Assembly (NCBI GenBank): GCA_036172245.1
Contig: JAYWIR010000010.1
Span: 1,550,001-1,614,000 of the forward strand
Source of the DNA: Raillietiella orientalis
Lineage: Eukaryota
DNA: 64,000 nt
Reading direction: 5' to 3'
In this document: positions 1 to 13,000 of the stretch, piece after piece
How the letters are laid out: each line of letters begins with the position of its first letter
Numbering within the stretch: position 1 is the first letter of the stretch
The notes under the pieces: model-generated
Databases searched by the model: none
The model's input: only the letters and a program-made list of their open reading frames with translations
What the model was told of the DNA's origin: nothing
Translations under genes and position numbers: made by a program

Positions 1-3000
1 GCGCCGCCTCTCCCGTTCCTCCGCGGGCCCGGACGCGTACCCGCCTCCTAGAGCCCCCACCCTCCGTTCGCCGGGGGGGCAGAGACGGGGGGACGAAGCG
101 TCCCGATCGCTCCCTCCTTCGGGATGCGCGCCCCCAGAGATCCTGCAGAACGGAGGTCGACGTCGCCAAGGCGGGAAAGCGCGGAGCGCATCCGGAAAAA
201 GAGGGAAGAGCTTCCCACTTCTTCCCGAAGGAATTTCCGGATTCTCACCTCCCCCTCTCATCTCGATGCCGGGCGTCCTCCGAGTTCTTCCTGCCTTTCG
301 CGAGCGCGCTTCAGATACCTCCTCCCCTTCCTCCGTTTCCTCCTCTTCCTTCCACCTCCTTTCTTGCGGCAGGGAGCCAAGCATTTTCCTCCCCCTCCCC
401 CCCCCTCCGCCGAAATCCGGGAGGCTCCGCCTCCAGCGTTCCAGTGCTCCCCGTCGTCCCCGGCCAGAAGGAAGCGCGTCCCGCCGTGCTCAGGTAAGGA
501 AGGGATCCGATGCCATCCATCCGGAGAGAGTGACAATCGGGAGGGCGCGGGGATCCCAGGAGAGAGGCGGGATGGGGACGGTGAGAGGGAACCTTCTGCT
601 TCCCCACTCGCCCCTTGGTTCCGTTGGCCGAGGGTCACGGCTCCCATCCTCCGAAGCCCCTCCCCTGTTCTGCCTCTCCGGGGGACCACCTTCCAAGGGA
701 GATCCGACGGCAACTTCCACCCGCAGGGATGCTCGCGTTCCCTATTCTTCCGGGAGGGTCGATGGGCGGCAGCCGGGGAGCCGCCGCTTCCCTGGCATCT
801 GCCCTCCCGAAACCAACTGGCGCCGCCGTCCTCTTCGCCGCAGGGGCAGCTGTCCCCGCCCTTGAGGACGACGGGGAAGAGCGCATGCAAGGTCCACCTC
901 GGGGGCAGCTCCAACCTTCCCTTCTTGCAGACTGTGGAAGCCGGAGACAGGAGAGGAACTGCATGGAACGCACCCTCGGGACTCCGGGAAATGGGTGAGG
1001 GGGGGGGGGGCGGGAGTCCTGGCGTCTGCCGAGTTCACCCCCGAAGCTCGTGGCACCGGGTCAACGCAAAGGCCGCGCTTGGTCCCCCCCCCCCCCTTGC
1101 CCTCATAGGCGAGGCCCGCTGCGAGCGGTGAACAGACTCGTCCTGCTGCTCCGCTTCCGAGAGCACCCTCTTCCTGCAACCCGACCGCGTATTCCCTATG
1201 GTAACTGGGAGCGCCACTGTAGCGCCAGAGGATGCAGCTCGATGGGAAAGCAGCCGAGAAAGGATGGGGGCGGGGAAGAGGAAGGGAAGGAAAGAAGGAG
1301 GAAATCGATTCCTTGTTGCATTTCCTCCCTCCCCTTTCCCGAACTCGGCTCGAAGGGAAAGGATGGTGGAAGCGGCCAGGCATCTGCTGGTGTCTTCGCT
1401 CTCGCCCCGAGCCGCCCCTTGCGACAGCGCGGGAGAGTCACGTATTGGTGCCGCCGCGCCCTTCCTCTCGCACTTTCAAGGAGGGCGGAGGAAGGAGGGA
1501 CACGAAGATGGGGGACGGGGTCAGGTTCCCGTCTGTCTCTGCCTCAAGGAACGGAGAGGAAGGAGGACAGGGGAAAATGCCCGAGGCTTGCGGCGCCTCG
1601 ACCCGAAGACTCGCCGAGTTGAGGCAGTGGCACCTTCCAGGGGGACATGCGCGCACTCCTCGGCCCTTTCCTCTTCCTGACAGGCGGGGTCCTCGGCACT
1701 CGCTAGGGTCGCAGGAGATCGCGGCTGTCTCCCCCCCCCCCCTTTCCTTCCCCGGGTGGAGGTGCAGAGTCCGGGATCGCGCCGCGCCCCGGGAGGCAGT
1801 TCGGTCAGGGAGCCGAGAGTCGAGCCATGAGTGGGACGGGGGCGCGAGCATTTGGCGTACCTCTGCGGTGCTCACTTCCTCCTCCACTTTCGTTCTGACA
1901 AGGAGACCCCCACGTGCGCGCGTTCCCACCGGAGCATCGGGCAACACTCCCTCGAGAAGGCCCGCGCGTTCCGCACCCAACCCGTAGAAGGCGGCACGTC
2001 CCCGCGTGCCGTTCGACGCCGGCGGACGTTGCTGACTCGGGGGCTCTCCGAGGTTGCCCTCCAATCACTCAGCAACGCTCTGCGCCGGCGCAGGTCTCTG
2101 CGTGCACACAAAATCTCGCGCGATCGAGAGCCCTACGCTGGTCGCTATGGGTCGTTAGCGAGATGAAAGGCAGCGGCAGCAGATTGCGATCTACTTAAAG
2201 GCTCGCAGCAAGTAAATCGGAGGTCATTCCATCAATCCCTGGAGGGAGGGGAGGAGAGAGCGAAGAAGCTAACGGACGCGTTCCAGAAGTACCCATCTGT
2301 GCTTGCGTCACGCGTATCTGATGCACGTGGCTGCTCAGCGCGCGCGCGCAGGGAAGGAAGCCGCCAGAGTCGCTGCCATCGCTCACGCCCCCCGGTCAGA
2401 GAGGGGAACGGGCCGAGGAGAGCGCGGGAACGGCTACCCGGGAAGCTGAGGACCGACGTGCGCACGCGCGCGCACGCGCACCGGATGGGGAATTCCCGCT
2501 CTCCGCTCGCGCCTGCGCGGTGCGTGCGAAGTTTTCCGCGTGCTCGCCCTCTCTGCGGCGGCGCCGCCTCGCGACCTACGCTGCGCATCGCTCCTGGGAA
2601 AGACAGAGAGGGCAAGCACGGCCTCCTCCTCCTCCATATCAAGGAGATCGGTCACGTGTCTCGCGGCGCAGGACCCCACTCGCGAGACGCTTTCCGGTTC
2701 AGCTCACCGCGCATCCTCCCGTCCCTTCCCCTCCCGCGAACGCGCGCTCCTGGTACCTCCGCTGCGACGTCTCCGTCGCCGAATTGGCACGCGTGCAGCT
2801 CGGAGGATGCCTGCGTCACTGCAGCCTGAAGGGTATTTGCGCGCATGCGCATCCTTCCCGAGCGTCTCCAAAGTGTGCGCTTGTACCTCGGAATTGCTCA
2901 TGCTAGCTTTTTTCGGCGTCGAGTGGGAGCGCGCGTGCGCGAGACCATCGGGTCTCCTGTAGAGGAAACCTGCGCTGCAAAGGCGGCGCGAGGCGAGGCA

Positions 3001-3957
3001 AGGAGGTGCGGGTGCAGGGTGCCCCGCGCCCCGAGCCAAAAGTAGGCAGCACCCATTTTTGGCTAGGGGGCACCCTTGTGCGTGATACGCCAGCGCGCTT
3101 CCTCTCTTTCGGAAAGCGCTATGCAGCGGCGAGCGCAGGACGTGCGGATCGACCTCTCCGCGCAGGTCTCCTTCCGTTGTCCCTTTGGCACGGAGCATCC
3201 TCACCCTCACCCCTTGGGGGACGAGCATCTCGTTCTTCCTCAGTCCTTCCAGACGCTGTACTGTGCGAGCGTTCCGCTCTCCGCTCCCTCAGGAAGAAGT
3301 TTCGAAGGCGGGCACCCCTAGTGGAACACTAGGGGTGCCATGCCGCTCCGTCCCCATTCCTACCCCGCGTCCAGCGAGGAGAGAGCTGTGAGGAGGAGAG
3401 GGGAAAGAGTGCGAAGGAGGTGCGCGGGGGTCGTCGCAGGGAGGTGGCGTTCCCGCGCCGTCTGGAGCTCTGGCTCCAGCGCTGGAAACTGGGTTTGGGT
3501 GTGGTGTGCTCGCTATCAGATGGACGGCAGGTGGATGGCGGTGGATACGCGCGCGCGGCGCCTTTTCGTCCTTCGTGCGACGGAGGGAGGGTAGCAGGCT
3601 GGCGAAAAAAAGCAGAAAGATTTTCGGAAGCTGCATCGGAGGAAGAGGAAAGTGGGGGCGTGCGACGTACTCAGCATCATTCGATCCTGCCGTTCTCCAA
3701 GACAACGGAAAACGCCTAACTTGTAACAGACACATTTAGCACATCCGCCTTTGGATCGGTGGAGGGCGGAGGTGGAGGAGAAGAGGTGATTCCCCTCACC
3801 TGATTCCACCTCCGCCGTTTGGTTGCTGACTTCTTGCACGTGAAATACGCGTCTGCTTCTTCAGTTCCAGGAACGTCCTCGCCCTCGTCAAAGACCCTCA
3901 TTGCTTCGCAGATGGAGTTCTGCTATTGACGTCCAAGTCGTTGAGGATACAGCGCCA

Positions 3958-4033
3958 ATGCTTCTGATATCCCTCGCAGCCTCCTTGGGTGCTGTTGTGT
4001 TGGTGGCCGGTCTTCCAGACGTCATACGCATCG
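3958..4033 (+). CDS. iGluR coding exon 1 (signal peptide)
   Basis: [26 protein letters not shown]|gtaaaa; phase 1 joins 12591 to give IRIGGLF. Confidence 0.88.
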
Positions 4034-7000
4034 GTAAAATGCACTTGTGGTTTAAAGTGCTTTTAATAGACAAGAGTAGAGAGAAATAGACGGAACGTCG
4101 CAGTAGTAGTAGTAATAATATTAGTGGTACCTAACGATAACAACAGGGGAATCAGTGCGTAGTCAAAGAAGCCGTCGCGAGTGCGTAGCACGCTTGGGAG
4201 ATTTCTCTCAGAATGTGCGGTGGCGGAAACGTTTGGCACCTCTGTCGTATGCGCCGTCGTCCGCTTATACGCCTTTTCGGCCTCCGCTCGTTGCTTTTCC
4301 ATTTCGCGCATTCACAGTGGGTTGCCAAGCCTGATTTATGGAACAAAAAACAAAAATGCCGAAGAGATCAAAAAGCAGGGAACATCAGAGAAACCTCGAT
4401 GTGTGTGTGTTTCCTTTTTTTCTTTTTTCTTTGGATTGCTTTTCTCCTCCTGAAGCAGTCAGTGTGTTGCAAATAAACAACAAAAAACCAGCGGATGCAG
4501 CTGAAGGCTAGGAGCGCACGTCTCGAGCAGACGATTTTTGCGAATCCTTTCCCGATTCGAGACAGTAGTCAAGGTTTACATGATTCTTGACTACTCTGAG
4601 CATGGAGATGACAGATGCTGCCTGACCACATCACCATGAGAGAGTGTCGGTCGCGTTGCGGGCCGCACTGTTGCTAAGTGCCTCTCCAAGGGGATGTTGA
4701 GAGACTTTAGAGGTTCCCTTTCGTCGAGATCTCTGAAACACCTCGAGATATTCATCCTTCTCCAAGACATAGGAGCAGTGCCATTGAAGGCAAGAGCGAA
4801 GCTTTCCGCTTTCAAAATCTGTATCAAGTTCTGGATTCTCTTCGATCAATTCGCGATGCATATGTGGGGCTCTCATGTTGTTCTTTCTTCTTTTTCTTCT
4901 TCTTCCCTGCTGGGAGTCCGCAGAAGATTCCTGATGCCGGAAGCGAATTGGCTTCCATGAGATCCATGCCGGGTGGCAGCACAAAATGCAGTGCAAGGAA
5001 AAGAAAAATGCATAAGGGGTTCTCCTGCTTTGCCTTTCTCACTCACTAAAACGACTCACATCAAAAAAAAAAAAAAAGCAGCAGTCCTTTTCGGCATGGA
5101 GCGCGATTTTTTTCTCCACTCTGTCCTCAACACGGTCCTCAGGAACAGCCCATCTTCTTTCGCTCCAGGGAAGTGCCGTTCTCTCAATGCGCGCTTACTC
5201 TCCGGGGCGGTGCCGAGATTGGAGGTCAGCGAGCAGCGTGGGCTGCAACATGGTGAAGCTGCCCTCACTGAGTACAGTATCGAAATCATCCTTCCCTCCT
5301 ACCTGGCGTTCCTGAATTTGGAATCTTCTCCGAGCTTTCGTGTACTTGAGCAGAATGGATTCGTCATCCACTGCCGAAAAGGTTTTTTGCTTCGCACCCC
5401 TCTGTGCGGGTTGTCTGGCTCGGATGTGTCCTTGCTGGATGCTCGCATGACTTGCCGACTGGCAGCACATCCCCGATGCTCAGGATTGCTCCTTCCGTAC
5501 CTTGTGAAACTAGTTCGCTCCTAACCAATGACTGATTTCGGGAGTTCTGGATTCTGCTCACCGAGCGAGTGGCAGTTCGCTCGCGATAGCAGTGGAACAC
5601 TGAAAACACAATTCGACCGATTTCCAAGTATCTTAGCGGACATTTGATGAATCCCTACTCCCGGCATAAGGAGGTTCCTTTGAAAGTTATCCTTGTCCTG
5701 TTCGTCAGTCACGTGAGATCCTGAGCGTAAAGCTGGAGGCTGTGACTGAAGTTCGGAGTGGTGGAACGAGGAAGCAGTGAGTGATTGCTGCTGAGGTAAA
5801 GAAAACCAGGTCGAGGTACCTTTTCACCTCGTGCAATGCGGAGCTAAGCACAGACACGGTCAGCCGTTCGAGGCTGGACTTTGATTGCCCTCTTAAAAAG
5901 TATCCATGCTCCCCAATCAACATCTTCTGCCACCCATTCTTGTATGAACTTTCAAGGCGGCCTCCCCTGAAGTTTTGGCATCTTGATTCCGTCTGATGCT
6001 GCGTTTCAGTTAAGAAAGGATGTCGAAATTTTAACTGCCGAGAACGCCGTCATACCTATCAGTGAAAAGTAAACAGAACCTCGGTCGCATCTTTGAAAAG
6101 CCGTCAACCGTACATCCCTGGCGCGGAATATCTTCATGATATCTCAGAATTAGAATCTGCCTTGAGAATTCTGCAAGGCGAGTCACCACGGGTTTCCGTT
6201 TCGAATATTGTGGACCGAAATCATTGTATGCTGTATTACTGATTCGTCTCTTCCTTTGTGTTTAACATTTAAGGCTGACACTTATTTAACAGAGAGAACA
6301 TGGGGGAAGGCCAGCGACTGAAAGAGAAACCTGCACTTTATTCTTATTGCATCTCAGTTCGAGAGTGACTTCAATCTTAGAAAGTATCGGTTCGGGAACG
6401 ACCTGAACTCGCGATTCCGACCGTGCGGTTCCATGGTCATTCATTCTCGATGGCTCCGGCGCACTGTGGTGACAGCGAACAGTCTCTCGCTGATTTAGAC
6501 CGTCCAAACGGACTTAGCGACGACCGATTCCAATCATCGAGATCGACCGGCGTGGAACAAGAATTTGGCTCTCGTGCCGCTGCAAGATGAAAAGCACCAG
6601 TTATCTCGCAAAGCTGCTGTGAATCAAAGCATGGAAGAGTCCTGCCAACGAAGCGTACGTTGGTGAGGAAGCATGACCGATCATTCTTCACCCACTGAAC
6701 ACACATCTTGCATCTTTTTTCGCGAGAGAGATCACCCATCTTACAAAGTTGCATAAAAATCCATCGATTGCCGCGTGCCTTAATTGCATCGCATCCCCAG
6801 GCACACAACACATGCCCACGCGCATTTTCATCTCCACACCTTTTGCCATTCCTTCCAGTTTACACCGGATGCGATGGTTCCCTTTGGGTTCACAACCCGA
6901 GTTGTGTGTGCAGGGAGACAGGCATTCCATCACGGCTTTTATGGTCCGCATCGCGATTCATTACTCGTTGACTTCTTGGTAGTTTGACCACGGATCGGAT

Positions 7001-10000
7001 TTGTGGCCACCTTGATTACAGCAATAAGATCAGTGCACGTCATTCGAGCAAGCGAAGTGATTTCGTACAGCAGTTCTTGTACAATTAATTTTTCCTTTTT
7101 TTTTTTTTTTTGTCTTTACGATTCCGAGCAAGCATCGCCGTCTCGAAGAGCACACAGCATGCGGAAGCGTGCGTTTTCCATCCTCTTGCAATAAGCATCA
7201 GGTACAGTCCAGTGATTTCATTGGATCTCAGGGGGATGTGCGATGTGCAAAGAGAGAGAAAACTCACTTTTATCATGTGCATCTTCGCCACGTATGGAAA
7301 TGCTCCCTCCAAGAATCGATGTGATGATCACTACGCAGTATAGATGTTGCTTTTCTCTGGCACCCAGCATGAAAACTTTGTTTTCGTCGCATTCCTTCTA
7401 GCTTTTTTTTGTTATTATTATTTTTGGTTCTCAAGGAGTATTGAAGAACGGTTCGCCTCCTCAGGAAGACTCACGAAGCTCTTTAGCACTGTTCCACACC
7501 ACCCAAGGGTGCGTGTTGGCTCTTCAGGTTAGGGGGATTCCCGGGAAGAGACCACCTTAGGAATTCAAAAAAGGCTCTGGGGAAAGGAGTCCGTTCCTCT
7601 TACGCTCGGGAGGGGATCCCGAAGGAACCCTCCTCTCCCTGGTTGTCTTCGGAGGCAACCCCAAAGGGCACATCCTTTTTCGCTCCGGAGAGACCCTTTC
7701 CGAAGGGTGCTCTTCATTTCTTCTTCGGATGGAATCCGCAAGGGAAATGCTCTTTCTTTCCTCCTCTGAAGAGAACCCCGGAGGGACGCTCCCCAATTTC
7801 TCTGAAGGGGGCAGGAGCTCTCCTGACACGCTGGAGAGACAGCTCCCCAAGGGGGGTATCAACCAGCTCCGTGGTACGCGATGAAGGGACTCCCCCCAAA
7901 AGGAGCGGACACGACTCCATTTTCACAACCGGAGGAGTAACCGAGGCTCCTCGATTCCTGGAAGAACCCCGGAGGATCGATTTCCAATCCCGGCCAGTCG
8001 ACGGGAACACCTGAATCCTGCAGGTCAACCAGCGTCATCCTGTACGTGAAAAAAGCTGCCGCGTTTTCTTCCTTTTCTTCTCCTTGGTGACCCTTGTCAT
8101 GTTGTGTGTTACCGAGATTGCCAAGTAACGATGAGTCAATCCATCGCTTCTCAGCCTTTTGGCTACGATCAAAGTGTAACGATGAGTCAACCAGACGGCG
8201 CGAACCTGTTTCAAATTCATTCATATTAGTAACAGTCATTGTGCATGTTAGCATGTCCCTCTTCGAGGTTCCCCTTCGATACAAGGGGATGCGGCGGCAT
8301 TGGCTTCGCTGAATGCCGGGTTCGGTACAGCCTCACGCGTGAGCATCAAGCGGAAGCCTTCTCTTCTTCGAACCGAAGTCCCAGGATGCCTGTCCTGCGT
8401 CTTTGCTCGAGGCGCTCATTCGCTGGTTGTTGTCAAAATGCAGACCATTCGTCTCCATGGTACTTCCTGACAGATACGTTGGATCGGAGGAAAACCGCCG
8501 CTGGGATAGGATTCATGACGGAGTGTCATCTTTACGACCATCAGCTGAACGCATCAGAACGCAGCAGCACACCATTCAAGTTCCTCCGGTCATCTAGACC
8601 TGAGCCTCCAGGAAGGTTCACTTTGCAAAACGCAAAAATCCTGGATGCGCTTGAGCTGATCTCACCACCAGACGCCTCACTACAGACGTGAGTGAGTCAC
8701 GGAAAGAAAGCAAAAAAAGTACGGAAGACGATCGCTTTTCAGAGACACCTACGCAAGCGCAGCTATAAATGGAAATGCTTGTCAATGCCGTTCTGTCACC
8801 AAAACGTTTGATCCCTGCTGAATAGCAGAACGAGGTGAATGGGGACTGAATAGGCTGTCCGGTTTCCGAAACGCATTACGAAATTTTCGAAGAGATTTTT
8901 CGACGACTTCGTGAAGGACACTCGTCATCGCGCGCGAGCTCATGGTCACGAAGCCGGGGGGTTCGTGCTGATGTGCGCAGCCCTAGAATTCAGGGTTCCC
9001 AGTCCCTGAACTCGCGTTCGGCTTGATCGCCTCGAGCATGCTCTGGACGTCGCAAGCTTCCGCAAAGCCGGGCGAGCACGCTGACGAACGGCCGTGGAGC
9101 GTGTCAGGTTGCTGACCGCTTTTGTTGAGGAACGTGCACGGGGGGTTTCCTGACCTTCTCTTGGCGTCAACGGGAATTCAGTAGAGAGAGACCGTAAAGC
9201 TCATCCGAGGGCGTTCCCTCCGGATGCGCAACTGCCGATTTGGATGGGTGAGGAGACAATGCCTAGCTACTGAGGTGAAACCAGGGCTGTGCTCCTTGCC
9301 GCTAGAGCTAAGCTCAGAGAGCCATGGTCAGCTGCAATCCCCTGAAAGACCCGTTTGTTAAGGACCTGATCAGAGACCATGAATATTTGCCAGCTGTGGA
9401 ACCCTCCAGGAGAACAAGCACACGGATGAGCGATACATTTTTTAATGGATGCGATTTCAAACTTCCTTACATACAAACAGTCTTAAACGGAAGAGAAAAA
9501 AAAGTCTCGTCTTGAACAATTAGAAGGACTGACTCGTATCTGAAAAAGTGAGGAACAATCCTAAAGGACAGGTGCGTTTCAGAATGGTGAGAGAATTCTA
9601 CTCTAGTAGAACTGGATGTATGCTGGTCCAGTGATCTGGAAGTCTTCTGATTAGCAGCAAACAGCCAGTAATGCGACTGTTGATTTGACTGCCAGAGAGC
9701 AAGAGAGTCAGCTCGCCCCTTCCGGGTTTTTCGCGATCTCCATACCTTCTGATTCCCTCCCCTAAGAAGATAGTATACTCCACCTGAAGAAACAGTAAAA
9801 TACCATTGTTACAGCTGCTGAGGAGAGAGAAATTCATTTGATGAAGAGTGGACAACAGTTTTTGATGACTTCTGCAGCTTTCAAGAGCTCTATTTCCAAG
9901 AGGAAAAAACTTTTTCCAGACTCAGGTTCTCTCTTAAACATGGAAGAACAGAAAAAACATTTGCCTTTTCTAAAGAAAAATGGTAGCCTGAGAACAGTAT

Positions 10001-13000
10001 GGTAGTCTCTGATGGACCGCTTGCTAACAACAGTTTCGCCCGCTCCCAAGAAGATGGGAGAATTCAGCAGTACGAAAGACTAAATGAGCTAAACTAGAGG
10101 GTCTTTTACACGATCTGTTTAGAAACCAGTCCCTTATTGGACGCTAAGCTGTACCTGTGTATCTGGTCGAAACCATTCCTTCCCGTGTCTTCCTGTTCCG
10201 GGATTCTTCCTACTAGTCGAGAACAGAACAAGGTTCAGAGAGTAAGCTTTCAAGGTTCCAAGAAAGCGTCCTTCGCATGAGCACCTTTGCTTCTTCTAAG
10301 CCAGCAGTCTTTGTGTTCTTCAGAGAATAATCCTCCTCTTCTTTGCGGCCTCGGGACTCTGTATTAGAATGGGAAAGTTCGCAGCTCCCTTAGCAACACG
10401 TTTGGAAGGAAATGCACTTTCCCGATGTGATTTTCTCTCCATCGCTTCTTTCATCCGCGGGCCTTTCTTAGATGGCATAGATGGGTAACCACTGTGGGCC
10501 TAGGATGAACACGGGAAAAATCTTTTTTTTTTTTTTTTTGAGATGCACTTGGCTCAAAGTGCACCTGCAAGAGAGGGGGAAACCCATTCCCACCGGAAAG
10601 TTTTGGAATGCTGGAGGTGCCATGGTGACCCACGGAACTACGGTGGTTTCCGACGAGGATCTGTCATACGGATCGCTCCAGCATTGTGCACCCAGCATTC
10701 TCCCGATTCTGGAAATTTCGGGAATCTGAGACCGCTCTCCAGTTCGCGCACGCGCTAGCTGCGCCTCATCTGTAAGGATGCTAAAGAAGACCCGAGGGAT
10801 TCTATTTTCAGCACACGTCTTCCCCAATTTGAACGCTCCGTGTGCTTCAGGAAGCGAAAGGAGCTCATCGCAAGTATGTGTAGGCAACTGCAGAAGCTAC
10901 CACGTTCCACTTGGACGTTACCTGACCTTGCTTGATGATACAGGGAATTCCGCCCCAGCAGCGGGAAGACAAAGCTGACATCTTAAAAATTCCTTTCAAA
11001 TCCGTTGGTGGTTCTCAAGCGAGTCGAGGCTAACTCAAAGACCGCAAGAGATGGAGGGAATGTGACCCGTTCCTGAAATTTCTAGTCCTAAACTTGGGAG
11101 CATACCCTTTGCATGACCTGGATGGACAGGAAATTTCCCTTCCAGTGAAAGTACAGCGCACCTTCGTGAAGACTAAAGCCAAAGAAAAGGAGCAGTTTTT
11201 TTTTTTTTTTTTTTGAAAAAAAGAAGCTTTGGAAGCTATTAAGGTCAAAAATGATAGTAAACAAGTTAACCCTGTTATTAGATCTCGTGTGATTGCAATG
11301 GCATAAACATGCAATCGGTGGATTCAAGAGCACCCTTCTTGTTTGTGAAGCCGCCTAATCCTTACGTCATGAAGGATGTGGAAAGTGAAAATCAAAGGAA
11401 AGTTTTGAACAGCCTTCGTTCCATGGCTTTGCTTCGTTGTCTCCTTCACTTTGCCTGCTGGATTTCCTAATCCCGAGGAAACTGAACAGGAAGCCTTCGG
11501 TCGAGTGTCTTCTCTCAAAGGCTTTCCCTTCTCAGAAGTCGCAGGAGCACGCATGTAACTCTGTCTTCGCTCTGCTGCAGCATCACGTAAGGGAAGAGCT
11601 GCAGCGGAGTGTTTCAAGTAGCTGTAGTGGGCAGCTACTTGAAAAACGAAACAAAACCGAAATCGCCGCACTCGTGTCGCTCCAGGGACTCCTTTGTCTA
11701 CTGCAAGAGGATCACTCCTCACTCTCGAAATTTTTCGCTTTCCTGTTTGCCGGTTCCTCTTATTGAAGACCACTGATGAGGAGCCAAACGCTGCGCATAG
11801 GTCCAAGCAGCCGTGGTGCGCCGCCTCGTTCCATGCGGCAACTGCTCGATGGAAATGCGGAAGGAAGGGTCAGTGTTGACCTCATTTTCAGTCGGTACTC
11901 CTTCAAGACCCGCTTCCTCAAAAGCTTTTTGTTTTTGTTTACGACAATTTGGAACACGACGCGAGCCTCTCTTTAGAAAGTGCCACCAGAACTCACGTTA
12001 CGCCGCGATCCCAACCGCTACGACTCGGCGTCCGCTGGTCCACACTTCAGCCATGGGCGCCCTACGAATAGAACATGCCTACGCTACACGTTCATGCTTC
12101 GGAAATTCAGGGTGTCACCGCCAAGCCTTGAAACCCACAACCTTCCTCCCCCTCCCCTTCCCCCCAGACTTGAGTGGAATTCATGCACGCCGTATCGCGA
12201 TTGCCATCTAGTGGTTTACTCCACTCGATTTCCAAACACCCCACTGCACCCCCTTGCATTTCATGGAACCATTTTGCTTTTTGTTTGTGATTTTGGCACA
12301 CGTCGAATTGAAGCACCACCAGGTAGTGCTGCAATTTAACCACGTCGGTTCTTGGCAGCCTACTGAACTCGTTCGAAGTGAACGGAACGTCCATTAGGGG
12401 TCACTACTGTCACAAGCTTTCACATCTCGCCTGTTGTCCCTTTCAGGAAGAACATTGCTCGTTTGTTTGAGACTGTAGCTCTGCAACACCGAATTTTTCA
12501 TCTTGCACGGAAAATCAAGTCTTCCTCTGATCTCGAGTTCTTGGAATGGCATCCGAGGTGGTATTGAAATTCTTACCTGTTTACTTTTAGGTGGTCTGTT
12601 TAATACGGACAATCCGTTTCTGGAGGTGGCGTTCCGCTACTCCATAGAGAAAATCAACAATGACAACAGCATAATACCGTCCTCTAAACTCTTCGGTCAC
12701 ATCGAGAAAATAGAATCCGCAGATAGTTTCAAGGCGTCCAAGAAAGGTAAGCTTCTCTCTGGCCTGCCGCTGCAGGTGGATGGAAGACCTCGGCTGCATG
12801 GTCAAATGAATAACACTTAGAGTGAGTGGTACGGCTTCTTCCAGTAAGGGCGCTCCAAGACTTTAACGAGACTTTAACTTCTTTGATACCATTTTGTCCT
12901 TCCCTCCCTTCCCCCAGCCTAAGGGAAAGCTCGAGGTTTAGGGTGGTCAGTGTATTTCTAAGTAGTTGGTCGATGCCTTAATGTTATTATGCTCAATGGC

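Noticed and set aside
124..1131. 335-aa ORF and many overlapping ORFs in the first 3.7 kb
   Set aside because: GC-rich, Arg/Pro/Gly/Ser low-complexity translations open in several frames at once; no recognisable domain
9783..10280. Coding-looking + strand stretch ([19 protein letters not shown]...), possible pseudogene or endogenous viral fragment
   Set aside because: Three internal stops and no motif I can name; needs a translated homology search
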